In this document: piece after piece, positions 62,366 to 64,000 of the stretch
Numbering within the stretch: the first letter of the stretch is position 1
Layout: every line of letters starts with the position of its first letter
Origin: Octopus bimaculoides
Lineage: Eukaryota
Assembly (NCBI RefSeq): GCF_001194135.2
Contig: NC_068991.1
Location: 44,493,576 to 44,557,575, forward strand
Reading direction: 5' to 3'
Length of the DNA stretch: 64,000 nt
Translations under genes and position numbers: made by a program
Notes under the pieces: generated by a model
What the model saw: only the letters and a program-made list of their open reading frames with translations
The model's database searches: none
What the model was told of the DNA's origin: nothing

Positions 62366-63659
62366 AGTTTGCTTTCAAGATATAAATACAAATAAATGTT
62401 TAAAAAAACACAGTAGAAAACTAAAAAAAAACCTACAAGTGTTTCGATTCTGGCCCCTTGGTAATGCATAATTCAAAGCATTTGGGTTGAATCCAATGTT
62501 AAGAATTTAAGCTGTAAGGGGTAGAATCTCTTCAGGGATTTTGTTTTAATAATAACGAATATTACATCTTATTTGATGGAATTCAAATTCACAACTAAAG
62601 AAGTTTAAGATGTTATTTCATATGTATAATGTCTATGTATTTGATAAGGAACTAAAACTAGTATGTAAAAATAAATATAAAACAAAATAAAATACAATAA
62701 ACTTATTCAAAAATATATATATGAATAATATGAATATTTAAAATATTGTTATATCTTTATGAGAAAATAATTATGTAATAAAATAAAATAAATAAAATAA
62801 ATTAAAGTAAATAAATAAAAAATAATTAGGAAAATGCACAATAAATAATAAATAAACCATTATAATCATATAATTTTCATTGGCTTGCTAGTGGATACTA
62901 GTAAATATCCATGTATATGTGTTCATTGAATCATTTTTATTCAAATTTAATTGTTTATATATGTGTTAGTATCTGCTCAAATTTGAATATTCTATCCATT
63001 AATTATTCAAGTTAATATATATACACATAGACCTATATACACATGAATACAGTAAGTGTATATATTTTCTTATATATATATATATTTATGTTTAAGCATC
63101 GGTTAAATGTACTAATTATATATACATTTGTATATAATTCAGTATTTGTTCTAAAAGGGGGTAAAAACGAAAATAATAAAATCAAGTAAAATAGGATAAA
63201 TAGAATAAATTAAAAGTTAAGATAAGATAATAATCTGTATTTTATATTATAATAGAATATATAGAAATCTTAGAATATATATATATCAGTTCATTTATTT
63301 ATATGCCTAGAAAATGCATATTACGTATCTAAGTGATAAGTACTATGTGTATTATGTCACTAACTTGTGTTTAGTTAAAGAAAAAGGTGAACGGAATATT
63401 TTATAAACCTGTTAGTTCGTTCAAATATCTTATTGGGAATTATTATAAAACTTAATTATTTATATAACTGTTAAAAGTTATACTATTAACTTATAATGTC
63501 TATTTATGATAAATTTATCTATTATGTAATACAACTGGATACAGTTAAGTAAAATAAAATAAGTTAATCTTGTTTATGTATATTAAATGTTTATAAATGT
63601 TTAAAAACAGTAATATGGTTAAGTTAGAATATTTTTTTTATTTATTTTTTTTTTTTATT

Positions 63660-64000
63660 TATGTGTTTCAGCCAAGTGGCTGCGGTCATGCTGGTGCACC
63701 ACCGTGATTTTCACGTTCCTTGCATGGCTCTTCTCCCCCACCTGACATGGTCCAATCAAGAGTTTTGATGGCACATCTGGTGTATAAGAGAATTTGACAC
63801 AGCTGCCCTAAACTGCGTCTCATTATGAGCCATTGGTTCGTCTGGTATCGTGGAGAGGAAAGCGTCAAGTTTTGTCTTGAAGACCTCCGCATCCATGTCT
63901 TGCATGTCTCTCAAATGTTTTGGCAGGGCATTGAAGAGCTGAGGTCCTCTGAAACCGAGGCTGCTGCAGTATCTCGTTCTTATGTGAGATGCAGTGGACG
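63660..64000 (-). mobile_element. CR1-type LINE 3' end (continues beyond window)
   Basis: Open frame on minus: ...GFRGPQLFNALPKHLRDMQDMDAEVFKTKLDAFLSTIPDEP...SNSL; A-rich tail near 63640..63662. Confidence 0.85.

Noticed and set aside
62520-63655. Mitochondrial control-region insertion (numt)
   Set aside because: No flanking mitochondrial tRNA or gene sequence is recognisable; AT richness alone is insufficient.

Overview
Eukaryotic, very AT-rich genomic DNA packed with (TA)n/(CA)n/(GA)n/(ATT)n microsatellites and containing 10 N-gaps. The repeat landscape and channel sequence suggest a coleoid cephalopod such as Octopus (inference). The one gene I can support is the 3' half of a Nav1 (para/SCN-type) voltage-gated sodium channel alpha subunit on the minus strand. 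I reconstructed 11 coding exons by hand (59377 down to the stop at 26107, 2973 nt, 990 aa plus stop), running from domain II S6 through domains III and IV to the C-terminus. They include the DIII K and DIV A of the DEKA filter, an MFMT inactivation lid, an IQ motif and a PPSY motif; the upstream exons lie outside the window. The introns carry mariner, pogo and hAT DNA elements, RTE and CR1 LINE fragments, a Gypsy gag-protease relic and tRNA-derived SINEs. The 26 kb downstream of the stop has no recognisable coding sequence. The most interesting observations are: a GC-AG intron with a tandem GT donor just before the selectivity-filter lysine; candidate stop-containing (poison) cassette exons; two RTE LINE insertions with twin-priming-type 5' inversions; a fold-back double-5'-end mariner able to form long dsRNA next to an exon; and a PHD finger inserted in an RTE ORF2. 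Nearly all other ORFs in the supplied track are microsatellite or N-gap artefacts.
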